Assembly: GCA_013265495.1 (NCBI GenBank)
Contig: MU057887.1
Span: 259,985 to 323,984 of the forward strand
Source: Vicugna vicugna
Taxonomy: Eukaryota
Direction of reading: 5' to 3'
DNA length: 64,000 nt
A program made the position numbers and the translations under genes. Within the stretch, counting starts at the first letter, position 1. Every line of letters begins with the position of its first letter. The notes under the pieces were generated by a model, which was not told the origin of the DNA, did not search any database, and saw only the letters and a program-made list of their open reading frames with translations. This document shows positions 50,452-63,519 of the stretch, piece by piece.

Positions 50452-51444
50452 AAAAAGTTAAACTGGAAGAAGGGTTTAGCCCACAAAGAAGTAGTCTTCA
50501 GTTAGTCTTCAGTTATGTGAAAATTCATTTGTAGCAAAAGCAGCATTCTCTCCTGCTGCTGGGTAATAGCAGTCTTACTATAACTAGATTAGCTTCATTA
50601 AAACTATTTTTGAATATCAATCGTAAAAATCAAGTTGTATGCAGGGCCTTAGAGTATCATGATCACAGAGCTCTCAATGTTAACAGCTTAGCTTTCGCGA
50701 AACTAAGAAGAAATCGCCCACACATATTTCCTTTCAGGTCTTTGCACATCATTTGTCTTCCGGATACATTATTCTTCCCTTCCCAGATATTTCTAGAAAA
50801 GTAGGGAGTTCAGAATGACTTCTGTCAATTTTCAAGCTCACCTCAGTGGAATGAGAGAGATCTTCTTTTTTTTTAAATTTATTTTTAACACCTTTATTGT
50901 AGTAAAATTTCTGTACAGTAAACTACACATATTTCACACGTATAGTTTGATGAATTTTGATGGATGTGTACACCCATGAAACCACCACCACAATCAAGAC
51001 TTGAAACATTTCCGTCACTCCCCCAGAGGTGCAAATTTTGAATTCCCAGTGTATCCCTTCCCACCCCCTTTCCCCGTGGTAACCACAGGTTTGTGAGCAC
51101 CATCTTCTTAATGTGTCTACTCATTATGAAGAGTGAGGAGTGAAGTCCTTGCCACAGACCAGGGCTTCACTCTTTCCAAGCAGTGTCGAGCCATCTTCTG
51201 GGAGCTGGAGGAGACTTCACATCGGCTCAAAACAATCTCATAGATTCCTGCAGGCTGGCTGTGCAAGGCAGAGCAGGGCACACGCAGACAAGACAGAACT
51301 GGTTCCCGCCTCTGAGAAATTTCTAATCTGGTGATGGATAAGGCTCCCATGCAATAACCAACAGGGAAGACCATTTGCTCACACCCCTGCCGTGGGAATT
51401 TAAGGGGAAAAAAAGATGTGTCCAGCTAAAGGGATCAGGAAAAT

Positions 51445-52400
51445 GCTCACAGCTTCACAAGAGAAGATATATGAATAAACACGTGGAAAGATACAGGGAA
51501 ATGTAAATGAAGATCACAGTGAGGTACTCTACACACACATTAGAATGGCTAAAATTTTTATTTAAACATAAAATCCAATATCAAGAGTTGAAGAGAATGT
51601 AGCAGACCTGAATCACTCCCACATGGCTGGTGGGAGTGAAAAACGGTACAACCGCACAGGGAAACTGCCTGGCCTCTTCTTGGAAAGTTCAACAGACACC
51701 TGCCATACAGCCCAGGAATTTCACAACTAGGTACTAACCTGAGAGAAGTGAAAGCATTTGTTCACACAGAGGCTTGCGCACGAGTGTTTACAGCAGCTTT
51801 CTAGCCCCAAACTGAAAACAACCCACACGTCCATCAACAGGCAAATGGATAATTAAGTCCTGGTGTGTCCATACACTAGCATGACACCCAGTATTAAAAG
51901 AAATTAATTACTGACACACACAAGAACCTGAACAAATCTCAAAATTGTTATGCTGACACAGGGAACTATATTCAATATGTTATAACACCCTTTAACAAAA
52001 AAGAATATGAAAATGAATATATGTATGTGTATGCATGACTGGGACATGATCCTGGATGCCAGAAATTGACACATTGTAACTGACTATATTTCAATTAAAA
52101 AAAATCATTATGCTGAGTGAAAGGACCCAGACACAAAAGAGTTTATGTTGTAGGAGTCCGTTTTCATGCAACTCCAGAAAATGCAAGCAAATGTCTGGTG
52201 CCAGAAGGAAGCTTGGAGGTTGCCTGGCAGAGAGGGGAGGGAGAAACCAGGACACTGGGGGTGATGAACACGTTCTGAATCTTCACTGCAGCCAGTTTCG
52301 CAAGCACAAACATCTGTCAAAACTCATCAAATTGTATCAGTTAAATAGATACTGCTTATTGTACATAAATTATACCTCAAGAAGGGAATTATTAAAAAGT
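51445..52400 (+). mobile_element. Old L1M 3' region with a nested short younger L1 3' end (51957-52100)
   Basis: Diverged ORF2-end and 3' UTR motifs. The nested element is flanked by aaaattgttatgctga / aaaatcattatgctga. Confidence 0.85.
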
Positions 52401-52624
52401 GTATAAAGCCACAAGTACAAAAGGAGAGGGGAGGAAGAAAAGCAAACAGAAAATATCAATACAGGTTTTTAACAGTTTTTTGAGATTTAATTGATATTCC
52501 CCAAACTGCACATATTTAATGGGTATATTTTGATGAGTTTGGAGAGACAGATAAGGGAGAAAGGAAGGAAGGGAGGGAGGAAGGGAGGAAGGAAGAAAGG
52601 AAGTCTCTTCCTGGCTTGCAGACA

Positions 52625-52790
52625 GTTGTCAAGTGAGGACACAGCATGAAGGCAGCTGTCTGCAAGCCAGGAAGAGAATCCACTGATGTTCTTACCCTGA
52701 TCTCACACCTCCAGCCTCCAGAATTGTGGGAAATAAATGCCTGTTATTCGAGCCTCCCAAGTTGGGCTATTTTGTTACTGGGGCCCAAGC
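52625..52790 (+). mobile_element. MLT1A-like fragment
   Basis: gtgaggacacagcatgaaggcagctgtctgcaagccaggaagaga ... ccagcctccagaattgtgggaaataaatgcctg. Confidence 0.78.
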
Positions 52791-52899
52791 AGTCCCTCCC
52801 CTCTGCGACCTGCCACTCCCAGGCTGCCCTCCTGTTCACCCACGCAGACCGCCCCATGGAGGCTGCAATGGCTAAGGTCGCCCGTGCCAAAGCCAGGCG

Positions 52900-53470
52900 G
52901 CTTACTGATGTCTTGACTTCTGATTCCATTGTGCACTGTGACTCTCGGATTTCCTCCAAGTCTGACTTTTCTGGACATCTGGCAGCTCCCCTTGATGGCC
53001 CAGCAAGCACCCCACACAGACCAGACTCCCCTACTCAACCCTCTCCAGTCTCCCAAGTCCCAGTCTTCCAGATGCTCAGGCTACAAAGTTTGGAGTCCTC
53101 GCCACTCCCCTCTCATTCCCACACCCAATCCATCAGCAATCCTGTGACTCTGCCTTTGAGATACGTCCAGACTGACCCCTTCTCGCCTCCTCTGCAGCCA
53201 CCACCATCGGAACCAGAGACTGCTGGACGGTTTTGATCTCCTGATGGACACCCTGCTTCCACACTCCCCTCTCGTCTTAACACGCGGGCCCTGGTGGTTC
53301 TCTTAGACCTAAGTCAGAGTATGTTCTTCTCCTGCTGCAAATGCTACAGCAGTTCCCAGCGGCACTTGGTGAGACCCGAGCCCTCACCATGGCTGGTGGG
53401 GTTCCAGATGCCAGGACACCCTGATCCTCCTCCCTCTCCTTCAAGGCTCCTGAACAGCCTCCCTCCTCTC
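52900..53470. mobile_element. L2 fragment
   Basis: gatgctcaggctacaaagtttggagtcctc ... cacacccaatccatcagcaatcctgt. Confidence 0.7.
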
Positions 53471-55149
53471 CGCGCTCACCACGGCCCCAGCATCTGGGCC
53501 TAGGCCAGAGCATCGACTTCCCAACAGACTTCCCTCACCCTCCTTGCTCCTGCTCCACCCTCACAGCTCCATCCAACAGCCCCGGAAACATGAGCTCTGG
53601 GAAGGCTGCGGGAGCCCAACGCTCCCCTGCTTTACACCCCTTCAGGGGTTTTCAGAACACGTAGGACAAAGCTCAGTTCTCGGTTCTGCCTGATGGACCT
53701 CAAGGTGTGGCCTTCGCTCTCAGCTCCTGCACCTTCCCCACACCAGGGCACGCACCCACCTTGCTTCTGTACAGCAGGGCACTGTCAGGGGAGGGGTGGT
53801 CGGCTCCAGGGGTCCCCTCCCAGCCCTGCCGCCCGCTCCCCGCCCCACGCCACACACTGTGCCTGCGGCCTGGGCAGGAGCTCCTCACCCCTCCTTGTCT
53901 CGCTAATTCCTCTTTGGCCTTCAAGACTCAGCTCTGGGATCACGTTCTTCTAGAAGCTTCCCTTAATTAAATGAGGTATTTAACCAAACGTTTGTTGAAC
54001 ATGGAGTGAGTTCAGTACCGGGGGCTGTTTCAAAGGACTTCGAGCTGGACCTGCCCGGTCCCACTACCTTGAACTAGTCCCACTGACGTGGAGGCTCAGG
54101 ATGTGGCTTCCTGGGCAGCAGGTGTCTTGTGAAAAACCCCCTTTGATGTACCTCTGCCACCGACGCTTTGAGCGTAGCTGGTCTAGAAACACGAGCAGCT
54201 GAGGTCTGAGCGCCGGCTCGGCGCGGGTGGGCACTGTGCTGGGTGCTCGGTGCGGCGTAATACTCGCATACCCCGTGTAATAATAGGTACTGTTATCGCT
54301 CCTGTTTTGTAAGATGAAATAACTGGGGCTTAAAGGGTTCCTCGCTCCAGGTCACCCAGCTGGTAAGGACAGAGCTTCTCACAGCTAAAAAGGATCTCGG
54401 GGACCCTGTGACCCGGGGGCTCTTCACCCCAGTGCATTAGAACCACCTGGGAGCTTCACAATGCGTTTCTCCTAGAGGTTCTGATTCAACCCGTGTTGCT
54501 GTCCTCTCTCCCCAGGGGACCCTCAGGCACGGCCAGAATTGAGACCCACTGGCCAGTCCAACACTTTGATTTTACAGGTAGGGAAACTGAGGCCGGGAGA
54601 GCCCAGATGGCGTTTCCAGGTCACACACAATTCTTGACGGAAGGAGGACTAACATGCAGGTTTTCTGACACCCCATCCGACGTTCTTCCCAACATGCCGG
54701 TGTTTTCCCAAGACCATCACCCCTCTTAAGGAGGACAGCGTGGGCTTCTCCAACTGAAGACAGTAGGAGCTCAGACACCAACTTTCTGGTCAGTGCGACC
54801 CCGGGTGGGGAACACTGAAGGGCAATCTCCCCAGCCTGGCGGGAGAAGGAAACAAAAGAGGTCCTCCCGGAGGCGAGAAACCCCGACAACCCAAACTACG
54901 CTCCAGCGCCATCTAGTGACATGGAGAGGGGTGACTCAGAGGTTTCAGAAGCTGGGATGGATGAAACCGACTTGGTTCAATGCAACTGGAGCTTTGGAAA
55001 CAGAGGGAAGTCCTCAGATGACAGGCCTCGCGGGTGGAGGTGGCCACAGAATTGTCACCAAGGAGGTGAGAGTTGAGGGAAGGTAGGCATGTACATTAAA
55101 ACAAAGCATTTTATTGAGAAAGGAAAAAGAGAGTTGGGTCTAGCAGGTC

Positions 55150-55735
55150 TTCAAAAAATTAAACGTAGAATTACCATATATGACCCAGCAATCCCCCGTC
55201 CAGTGTGTACACAAAAGAACCGAAAGCAGGGCATCGACCAGGTACCTGTTCCCCACGTTCACAGCGCCTCTATTCACAATCGCCAAATGGAGGAAACAAC
55301 CCAAGTGCCCACTGAGGATGGACGGGTAAACAAAATGTGGTATATACATAAAATGAAACATTATTCAGCCTGAAAAAGGAAGGAAGTTCTGCCACATGCT
55401 ACAACATGGCTGAACCTCGAATTATTGCAGAATGAAATAAGCCAGAAACAAAAGGACCAATACTGTGGTCCCACTACACGAGGCGCCCAGAGCAATCAAA
55501 TTCATGGAGACAGAAAGTAGGGTGGTGGTTGCCAGGGGCTGGGGGAGGGGGGAAGTTGGGGGGGGGCTTGTGTTTAATGGTACAGAGTTTCAGCTTGGGA
55601 AGATGAAAAAGTCCTGGAGATGGACGGTGGCGGTGCTCGCAGCAATGCCGGTGTATGTAACACCACTGAACTGGGCACTCAGGAAAAGGTTAAAATTATC
55701 AGTTTTATGTTCTGTATATTTTACCACAATAAGAA
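55150..55735 (+). mobile_element. L1MB-like 3' end
   Basis: tagaattaccatatatgacccagcaatc ... ttcatggagacagaaagtag ... tatattttaccacaataa. Confidence 0.87.
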
Positions 55736-55829
55736 AGAGGGAGAAAGTTAGGTTCAAGGCCCGACGTGCTCAGTCAGACCGAACTGAGCGGCGCTCCGCA
55801 GAATCGGGTCGGCCTTCATCCTCCCCTCA

Positions 55830-56990
55830 CCTGTTCACCCACTCACCAGCAAATGCTGACACCACCACGTGCCAAGAACTATTCCAGGCATGGAATCAAA
55901 ACCCAAAGGGCAAAAGTCCCCACCTCGGCGGTGTCCACAGTCCGATGGCAACAACCAGAAAAGCAAGGAAATACCTGGCGGGACAGGTGATGATGCTGCT
56001 TGAGGAAAGAGAGCGGGGCCGGGCCTGGGCTGAGGCTTGAAGGGGAGGGAAGGGAAGGAGTTTCTGACACAATGACATTTGACAAAGGACCATGAAGACA
56101 GTGGGCTGCATCTAAGCAAATGGACCTCAGGTGCATGAGCGCTGCCGGGCACCCCTCCTGGTGCTGGAGGTGGGGGAGGAGTGGGGCTGAGGCCAGAGAG
56201 GCGGCCAGGGTCAGATCCTGCAGGGCCTGGCTGGCCATCTGAGGACTGTGGCTTTCCCCATGAATGACATGGGAGCCACGGGGCAGGGGAGTTTGGGCAG
56301 AGGAGGGTCTTAGGATTTAACAGGATCACTGGGGCTACTGTGAAAGAATAGACTAAAAGGAGACACAGGTGGAGAAGAAGACGAGTCGGGAGCCACTGGA
56401 GAAATCCAGGGGACAACAGAAGCTTGACTGAGGGGTCCCTGGGGAGGGGGCTGATGGGGGGTGGTCCGATTCTGGGTCCACATCAGGAGCCAAGGATTTC
56501 CTGATGGCGTGGAGGCGAGTGCTTGGCCTCTGTCCACAGTGCCTGAGGGACAGGGCTGTCCATTTAGTGAGAGAGGTGTGGGTTTGGGGAGAGAAGCTTC
56601 AACATTACATTCATACTGGGGCATACTGAGTCTGAGAAGACAACGCGAGAGCCAAGGGGAGAGGTGGAGGAGACACACAGGTGGGATGTGTGGGGACAAG
56701 TCCGGGCTGGGAAGGGATGCGACTTGAAGCCATGATGCGATCACACAGGGAGTGAATGCAGATGAGGAGGAGTGAGCCCCCAGCACGCAGAGACGGGAGA
56801 GATGGAGAGGATTCCAGAGGGGCCTGCAAAGGAGAAAGGGTGTCCTAGGAAGTCAGAAGAAAGCATTTCCAGGAGGAGACACTGGTCAACCGAGTCAAAT
56901 GCTGCTGACGAGTAAGATGATGAGGACTGAGAAAGTGACCATTGGACCCAGCAACATGGCAGCCCCTGACCTTGACAAGTTAGACCTTGA
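55830..56990. mobile_element. Long L2 fragment
   Basis: gacatttgacaaaggacc ... gatttaacaggatcact ... gtcaaatgctgctga ... gaggactgagaaagtgaccattgga. Confidence 0.75.
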
Positions 56991-59900
56991 CAAATGAGGA
57001 CTGGAGTAGGAAGTTCTAATTTTGTCATCCCTGTACCCCCGAGGACCAGGATGCTTGGTGGGCAAGAAAAGAGATGCACGTGGAATCTGGAAGAGGTTAA
57101 GGAAAACCCTTGCAGAGCTGGGGTCCCCCCATGAGCAGTATCACCAGATGGCCAAATAGGAGGTGGAGGAAGCGTCTCTTCCTAGAAGCACTGCGACCAT
57201 AAGAGAAAAGCAACGAGAGGGCATCACCGTTCTGCAACACCCAAAGCACTGGTGGACCTCAGTATCAATCAACATCTGCTGACATCACCAGAAAGGAGAT
57301 GGCCAGACATTACGATCCCCTCTAAATAAAAAAGAAAGAAAGAAAGAAGAAGGCAACAGCAGCAAGAGTCTGGCTCCCGGCAGACAGAGGAACGAGCTAA
57401 GCCGCACCACGAGGAGGACGCCATCAGGCAGAGCCAGCCAGCAGGAGGCGCGGCGGGCCAAACCGCGCCGGTCCTCTGCGGATACGTTGTAAAGGAAAAA
57501 GCATTTTTAAAGAGCACAGAGGGGAAAAGAAGACTAAAAGAGCTGGAAAATATATTGAAAGTCTGAATGAGGCGAAAGTAAACTGTAGCGTCCAGGGATA
57601 TGCATTTGAGTCCGATCAGGAAACACGAGGACGTGATGACTATGAAAGTCAGGCTGACTGGGAGGGGCCTGGGATTGTGACAGGCCTGCGGGGGTGCTTC
57701 GGGAACACTTGCCAAGTCCTCGTGCTTGACCTGAGCGGGGTTAAAGGGTACTATTTGTCATTGATTGTTTATTAAGGTGCACGTTTGTTCTGTTTCTTCC
57801 TGTATACAGCCCCCAGGGGGCATTCTGGAAACGTGAAAAAGCTCTGGAAATGGATGGTGGTGATGGCTGCACAACAATGTGAATGTACCTCATGCCACTG
57901 CGCTGTGCACTTAATAATGATCCAAGTGGCCCATTTTATGTTTTGCATATTTTATCACAAGAAGCAAGAGAGGGCGGCATCACCCAGGTAGGTAGTTAGC
58001 AGCGCCCTCTCACACTGAAGCTGCCGTTTGGCTGGTCCCCTGGAACATTTTCTTCTCCACTTCTGTCTTTTCTCTTCTTAATAGACACAGGCCCCACCTT
58101 CTGTGTAAGAATCACCTACAGAGTTTGTAAATGCAGGTTCCAGGGCCCCTCCCCACGTCCAGATGCAGTCAGCTCATAGGTCGCCCTTTGGGAAAGACCC
58201 CTGTGGCCTCCCGCGTCTGCTGCATTGACCGAGTCAGGTGAGGCGAGTCCTTACTTTCCTGCTAGGACACTCCTGCCTGTCCCCACGCTCAGGACGACAG
58301 TGTGGAATTGCTTAGTGCAGAGCGCCTGGTGGGAGTTGTCGTCATCATGTCATCATCGTTGCCACTGTCACCACCACCAGGATCAGAGGGGCGGGGCATT
58401 TGAACAAGAGGTGGTCCTGAGTTAGACACCAAAGCAGAGGCTGTGTGTCTACACCGTTAGCACTCACGTGGCCTTTCCTCCACGCCTTACACACGTTACA
58501 AAGGATTTATTGGGAAAGAGTCGGGGCTGGGTGCCAGCCAAACGGCAAGTTGTGCGTGGAAATACCGACAGGGATTCGGTGATGCTTACGAACCCACGAC
58601 GTACAGGCGGAGTTAGGGACCGGGGTTCCAGGAGAGGGGCCCGCCGGTTTTTCTCCCACCGGCTTTCTGGAAGGGGTGATGTGATCTGACTCCCCTTCAC
58701 ACCACCCCCGCCCCCTCCACCCCTACACCGCCTCTACAAACTCTCATGGACGGTTTAGGCTCTAACAACTCTGGAGAGCTATTACGATCTATCAGGTGAA
58801 AAAATCATTTACTTTACAAAGTGGTGTGATTTTCACCACCGGCTGTAAGTAACAGCAGCAGAGAATCATTTCGGCTGGCTGAGTGCATAATCTGTGTGTG
58901 CTAAACTTCTCTAAGCGTGGATTTACACAGTGAAGGAAATTAGCCCCCGGGGACCTGCTCGGCGCCGCGGAGGAAATAGCGTGCGCTTCGTAGATGGGCT
59001 GAGGATGCAGACGGACCACTGCTGGGACTCACCGTGGTCCCTCTGGGAGACTGTCGAACACTCCGAAACTTCTGCACAAATCCTTCCATGGTAAGGCAGG
59101 GGCCCCAGGGATCACGCACCCAGCCAGCAAATAGGCTTGAGGCCCGGCTCGTCTGCCACCAGACAGCGGAAGGGAAAAGCAGAGGAGGCGGCCCAAGGTG
59201 CCCCCTTGCCTCTCCCTCCTTCATCACATGGCCAGACTGTGCCCGTGACTCACAGCAACAGAGTCAGACAGCAGACGAGAAATCATCTGGGCTCCTCTGC
59301 TGCTGTCGTGGACCCGGGGCTGTGGTCTTGAAGAAGAGTGTTGGAGTCATGGCGGAAGGTGTTTCGGGACCTGACTGGCTCCTTGCCCCAGTCTCTCCGT
59401 TCCCCATGGAACGGTCCCCTGGGTCCTCGACGGAGACCTCAACCCACCCCGGGGAATGCTCATCCTGTCTGGAGGCTGGACCCTTCAAGGGGCCCCGGGC
59501 TGGGCTCTACTCAGGGTCAACAGGACAGAGACTTGAGGAACTGGTGGTTTTTAGGGGGAAAAGCAGGTACAAAATTATATAAACAGCAGGCATGGAGCTC
59601 ACTCAAGTAGAAAGAAAGAAATAGGCCAGCCCATCACCCACAGCTAACTTTCAGAGTCAGCTGTCTCCTAGTTTTCTGCATTTTCTAAAATTTTCTTGAA
59701 TGGACATGCAAGAAACAAAGTAATTTCCCTCCTGCGATTGACACCTGCTCTTTCTTCCTGCTCAGACTCCTTTCCCTTTGCTTTCTTACTGCCTCCTGCC
59801 CCTCCTTCCCCAACTCCAGGCAGTTCTGCTTGGATGTCCTTTCTTCTCCCGAGTCAGGGGGAGCTCATGAGCCAGCCTGGCCAGAGACAGCTGTGGTGCC

Positions 59901-60779
59901 TGGTGGGCGTGGAGGCGCCCGTCAGCTGGGCGGAGCTGGACATGTGAGAAGAGAATCTCTCTCCTTTAGGGGAGGGTCACGTAAGCCTGGAGCTGCCGAT
60001 TGTGCGGCTGCACAGAGAAAACCTGTTTCTGAGCTAAGCCCACGAATGAGAAGACAGAGCTGAGGGACAGAGCCCGAGTCCTGGGGGCGGCACTTGAGCC
60101 CCAAGTTCAGCATGACTGAAGCCGGCCTTACGAGTTCTTTTTACTGAACTGATAACTTTCCTTCTGGCCTGAGCAAGTCTGGGTGGAATTCCGCACCCCT
60201 TGCAAACGAAAGACTCTCGGTGCCACTGCCTTGCGGGGCCGTGACACTGCTTAGAAAGGCAAGAGACACTGGCGGCAGCGGCCGGTGGGTGTCCTCGGTG
60301 TCAAGGCTGCCCCCAGATGGGTTTTGTTGGCCCACATGGGATTAAAAGTTTGACTCAAGACCTTAACATCTGGATTTTATCTATAACTCCAGGTTTTCTG
60401 TCCTCTGAAAATAATCTCAAGACCTGGCAACCCTGGGCCTCTGTCCTGCGTGGCAACAGTGGGCTGGAGCTGCAAAGGGGCTGCCCTTTGGACGGGGCTT
60501 TCATTCTCTAACAGACCCCACGTCTCCTTCCTTGCTCCCCAGCACTGTGGCTGGATGTCACTTGGCATTTGTGATTGACCTGCAGGACTGACGGCCCCCA
60601 GTGAATCCCACCACCTGGGCTCGGTGTCCCTGTGTGGCCCCACCCCTGCTTACCCCTGCCAGGCCATGTGACCTGCTTTAGCCAATGAGGCGGCAGCATG
60701 TAACAAAAGCAGGGGTCGGTAAGCCTTGGTGCTGGGTGGGCTCTTTGGCCACGTGGAGAGAGGGGCAGAGAGCTAGGAA

Positions 60780-61650
60780 GTGCTTACAGGACGATAGGGA
60801 CACATCAACAAATATGGACTCTGCCTTTGAAAAGGCTGCCATTGGCCAAATCTAGGATGGTTTGAGCGTAAAAATAAATCATGGCACTAACAATGAAAAT
60901 CCACTGAGTATAACAAGAAACCATAAATCTATACAGATAGAAATAAATAAATGAATATATTGAGAGTTAATGATCATGAGATGAAGGCGCTTGCAGAGTT
61001 TGAAAGAACCTCCCCATAAAATGGCAGAAAACAAGGGGAAGGACTAACTCTTACTGTAAAAGACAAGGTGGCCCGGCAGACGCCCCCTCCATCGCGTGGT
61101 CAAAGGAACATGAAGAACGAGGCCAGGCGAAACCACGAGCCACCCGTGGGGCCCAGTGGGGAAAACAAGGCAGCTTTCCTGTGGTTGTTCTGCCAGATTG
61201 GTTGCTTGACCAGGAGGAAGGGCAAACAACGGGAAGTATAGGGGAAGAAAAAGAAGATTACCCAATAGTTCAAAAATATTATCCTCCAAGAGAAATGGAA
61301 ACACGTGTCCACACAAAGCTGTTCACGAATGTCCAGAACAGTACCGTTATTCACAAGAGCCCGAAAGCAGAAACAAATCAAATGTCCAGATGTGGTGAGT
61401 GTATCCAGACGTTCCTCAATATAAAGGACTGAAGCACTGACCTTCACGACAACGTGGATGAACCTCACCGACATTACGCTCCGTGAAAGGAGCCAGTCAC
61501 CAAAGACCACGTACTGTGTGACCCCCAGACATGTGAAACGTGACCTCAGGCATGAGAAACGTCCAAAAGAGACAAATCCACAGAGACGGAAAGTAGACTC
61601 ATGGTTTCCAGGTGCTGGGGGAGGGAGGAAAGGGGAGTAACTGCCAGTGG
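60780..61650 (+). mobile_element. Old L1MC-like fragments
   Basis: ctgccattggccaaatctaggatggtttgagc ... agaaatggaaacacgtgtccacacaaa ... atccacagagacggaaagtagac. Confidence 0.7.
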
Positions 61651-62516
61651 GGTCGGCACATCATGAACGTTCACTTAATACCTGTTGAGCGAATGAGTGA
61701 ATTGAGCCTGTGATGGCTCACCGGTTTTTGGCCTGCAAATCCTTTCCCTGTGTCGGCCATCCTACAGTGAATGTACTGCAGCTTAACCGCCAGGAGGCAG
61801 TTTGGGGGTGAAACCAGTGCCCCCTGCCGCTGGTTCTGTTCTCTGTGTGAGAGCAGAGGAGGCTGTACTCCTGGGTCATGAGGACAGACGAGGCCCGGCC
61901 GGACATCAAACAGGCCAGGCCCTTTCCCACTTCAGGGCCTTTGCACTTGCTGTTAGAGGCTCTCCAAGTTGGGCACCCCACCCATCCAGCCCCTCACAAG
62001 CCAGGCTTTCTGTTGCCCCATATCACCCCCGAATTGCTTCAGAGCAGCTACTCATCCGCAGTTGTTACATCCATTCGTGTACTGACTGCATTGCTCCTCA
62101 CCAGAATCAAATCTCCACAAGTTCAGGGACCTGTTCTGTCTTGTCCCCACTGTGTCACCAAGGCCCAGGGCAGTACCTGGCTTACAGTCAGAGTCCAATA
62201 AATATTTGTCCAATGAATGAAACAACCAAGAGCTAATCATGTTGTATAACCTTCACAGCACTTGTCCCTCCAGCTTGTTCATTAAGCTATGCGCTTGTCG
62301 GCCGCGGCCGCCCTGACTAGACGGCGCGCTCCACGAAGGCCGGCCCCGCTCCGGCTCGGTCCCTGCTGCACGCACAGCACCAGAGCAGACCTGGGCGCAG
62401 GGCCAGCCATGAATGAAGAGCTGCTGAACACTGGATGACTGTTGATGAAACCTTATCCTTTTATCAAATTCCCCAAAATAAAATTGTCTCAACATCTTTT
62501 GCAGTGTAGCTTGATA

Positions 62517-62556
<40 letters not shown>
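62517..62556. repeat. (TC)n(CA)n compound microsatellite
   Basis: Read directly. Confidence 0.9.
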
Positions 62557-62558
<2 letters not shown>

Positions 62559-62840
62559 CTCATTAACCAGCACTACAGATTTTGACAAATTGTTTAGTGC
62601 TTCTGGGCCAAAGGCATCATCTATACAAGGTGATTACACTACCCACCTTCTAAGGCTTCCACCAGCTCTAATCTCCTAATATTCTATATATTCTGCTTAA
62701 CAGTACAAAGAGTTTAAACCATATCTTGTTCCCAGTACACTGACTTCAGTTCCTGGGCATCCCTACCCATGGGTGGATACGGGCATTTCCTGGGGAACTG
62801 GTGACACCCCTTGGTGTCAGGTTCCACAGAGATACTGGTG

Positions 62841-62943
62841 GGGGGAGGGTAGAGCTCAGTGGTAGAGCATGTGCTTAGCACGCACGAGATCCTGGATTCG
62901 ATCTCCAGTACCTCCATTAAAAACAAACAAAGAAACAAACAAA
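62841..62943 (+). mobile_element. tRNA-Ala-derived SINE (camelid Vic-1 type)
   Basis: gggggagggtagagctcagtggtagagcatgtgcttagcacgcacgagatcctggattcgatctccagtacctcca followed by an (aaac)n tail. Confidence 0.9.
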
Positions 62944-63438
62944 CTCAGTACATCCACAGAAGTATTGCTGAAAGCCCCACAGCTCAGCCCTGGAGCCAGA
63001 AGCTCCACAGGGCGCCGAGTGGGGAAGATGGACACTGCCCTCAGTCTCTGCCACGGTGGAAGCCAGCTGGCCTAGATCAGTATCTGCTTACCACCTTCAC
63101 GGGCACAGATGATTTCTCTGAGACCCTCCTGGTGACACAGCTGTTTTGCTGTGGTCCGGCTGGTTCCGCCCTGCAGCCAGTCACCGTATATAGGTCAATG
63201 GATCAGCTATGCGGCAACACAACCAGCTGCTGGGCAGGCTGAAAATACCAGCCTGGCCGGTAACCTTCAGTCTTTTTGTCTCAACCTGAAATCTAAAAGG
63301 TCCGCCCAATCCCTGCATGTCTGGGGAGCACCTACAGCACAACTGATGCCTCAGGCGTGGCCTTTGTTCTCCTGAACTCAACATCTAGCAGGGAGACAAA
63401 ACAGGCATGAAAAGTTGCATTAAAATGCAAGAGTTTTT

Positions 63439-63470
<32 letters not shown>

Positions 63471-63519
63471 TAAATATGCAAGAGTTTTTTTTTAAGTAAG
63501 AAAAAAATAGCTCAGTAGA

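Noticed and set aside
62841..62916. tRNA-Ala(AGC) gene
   Set aside because: It has an extended 5' end, mismatched stems, an A-rich tail and three diverged relatives in the window, so it is a SINE.
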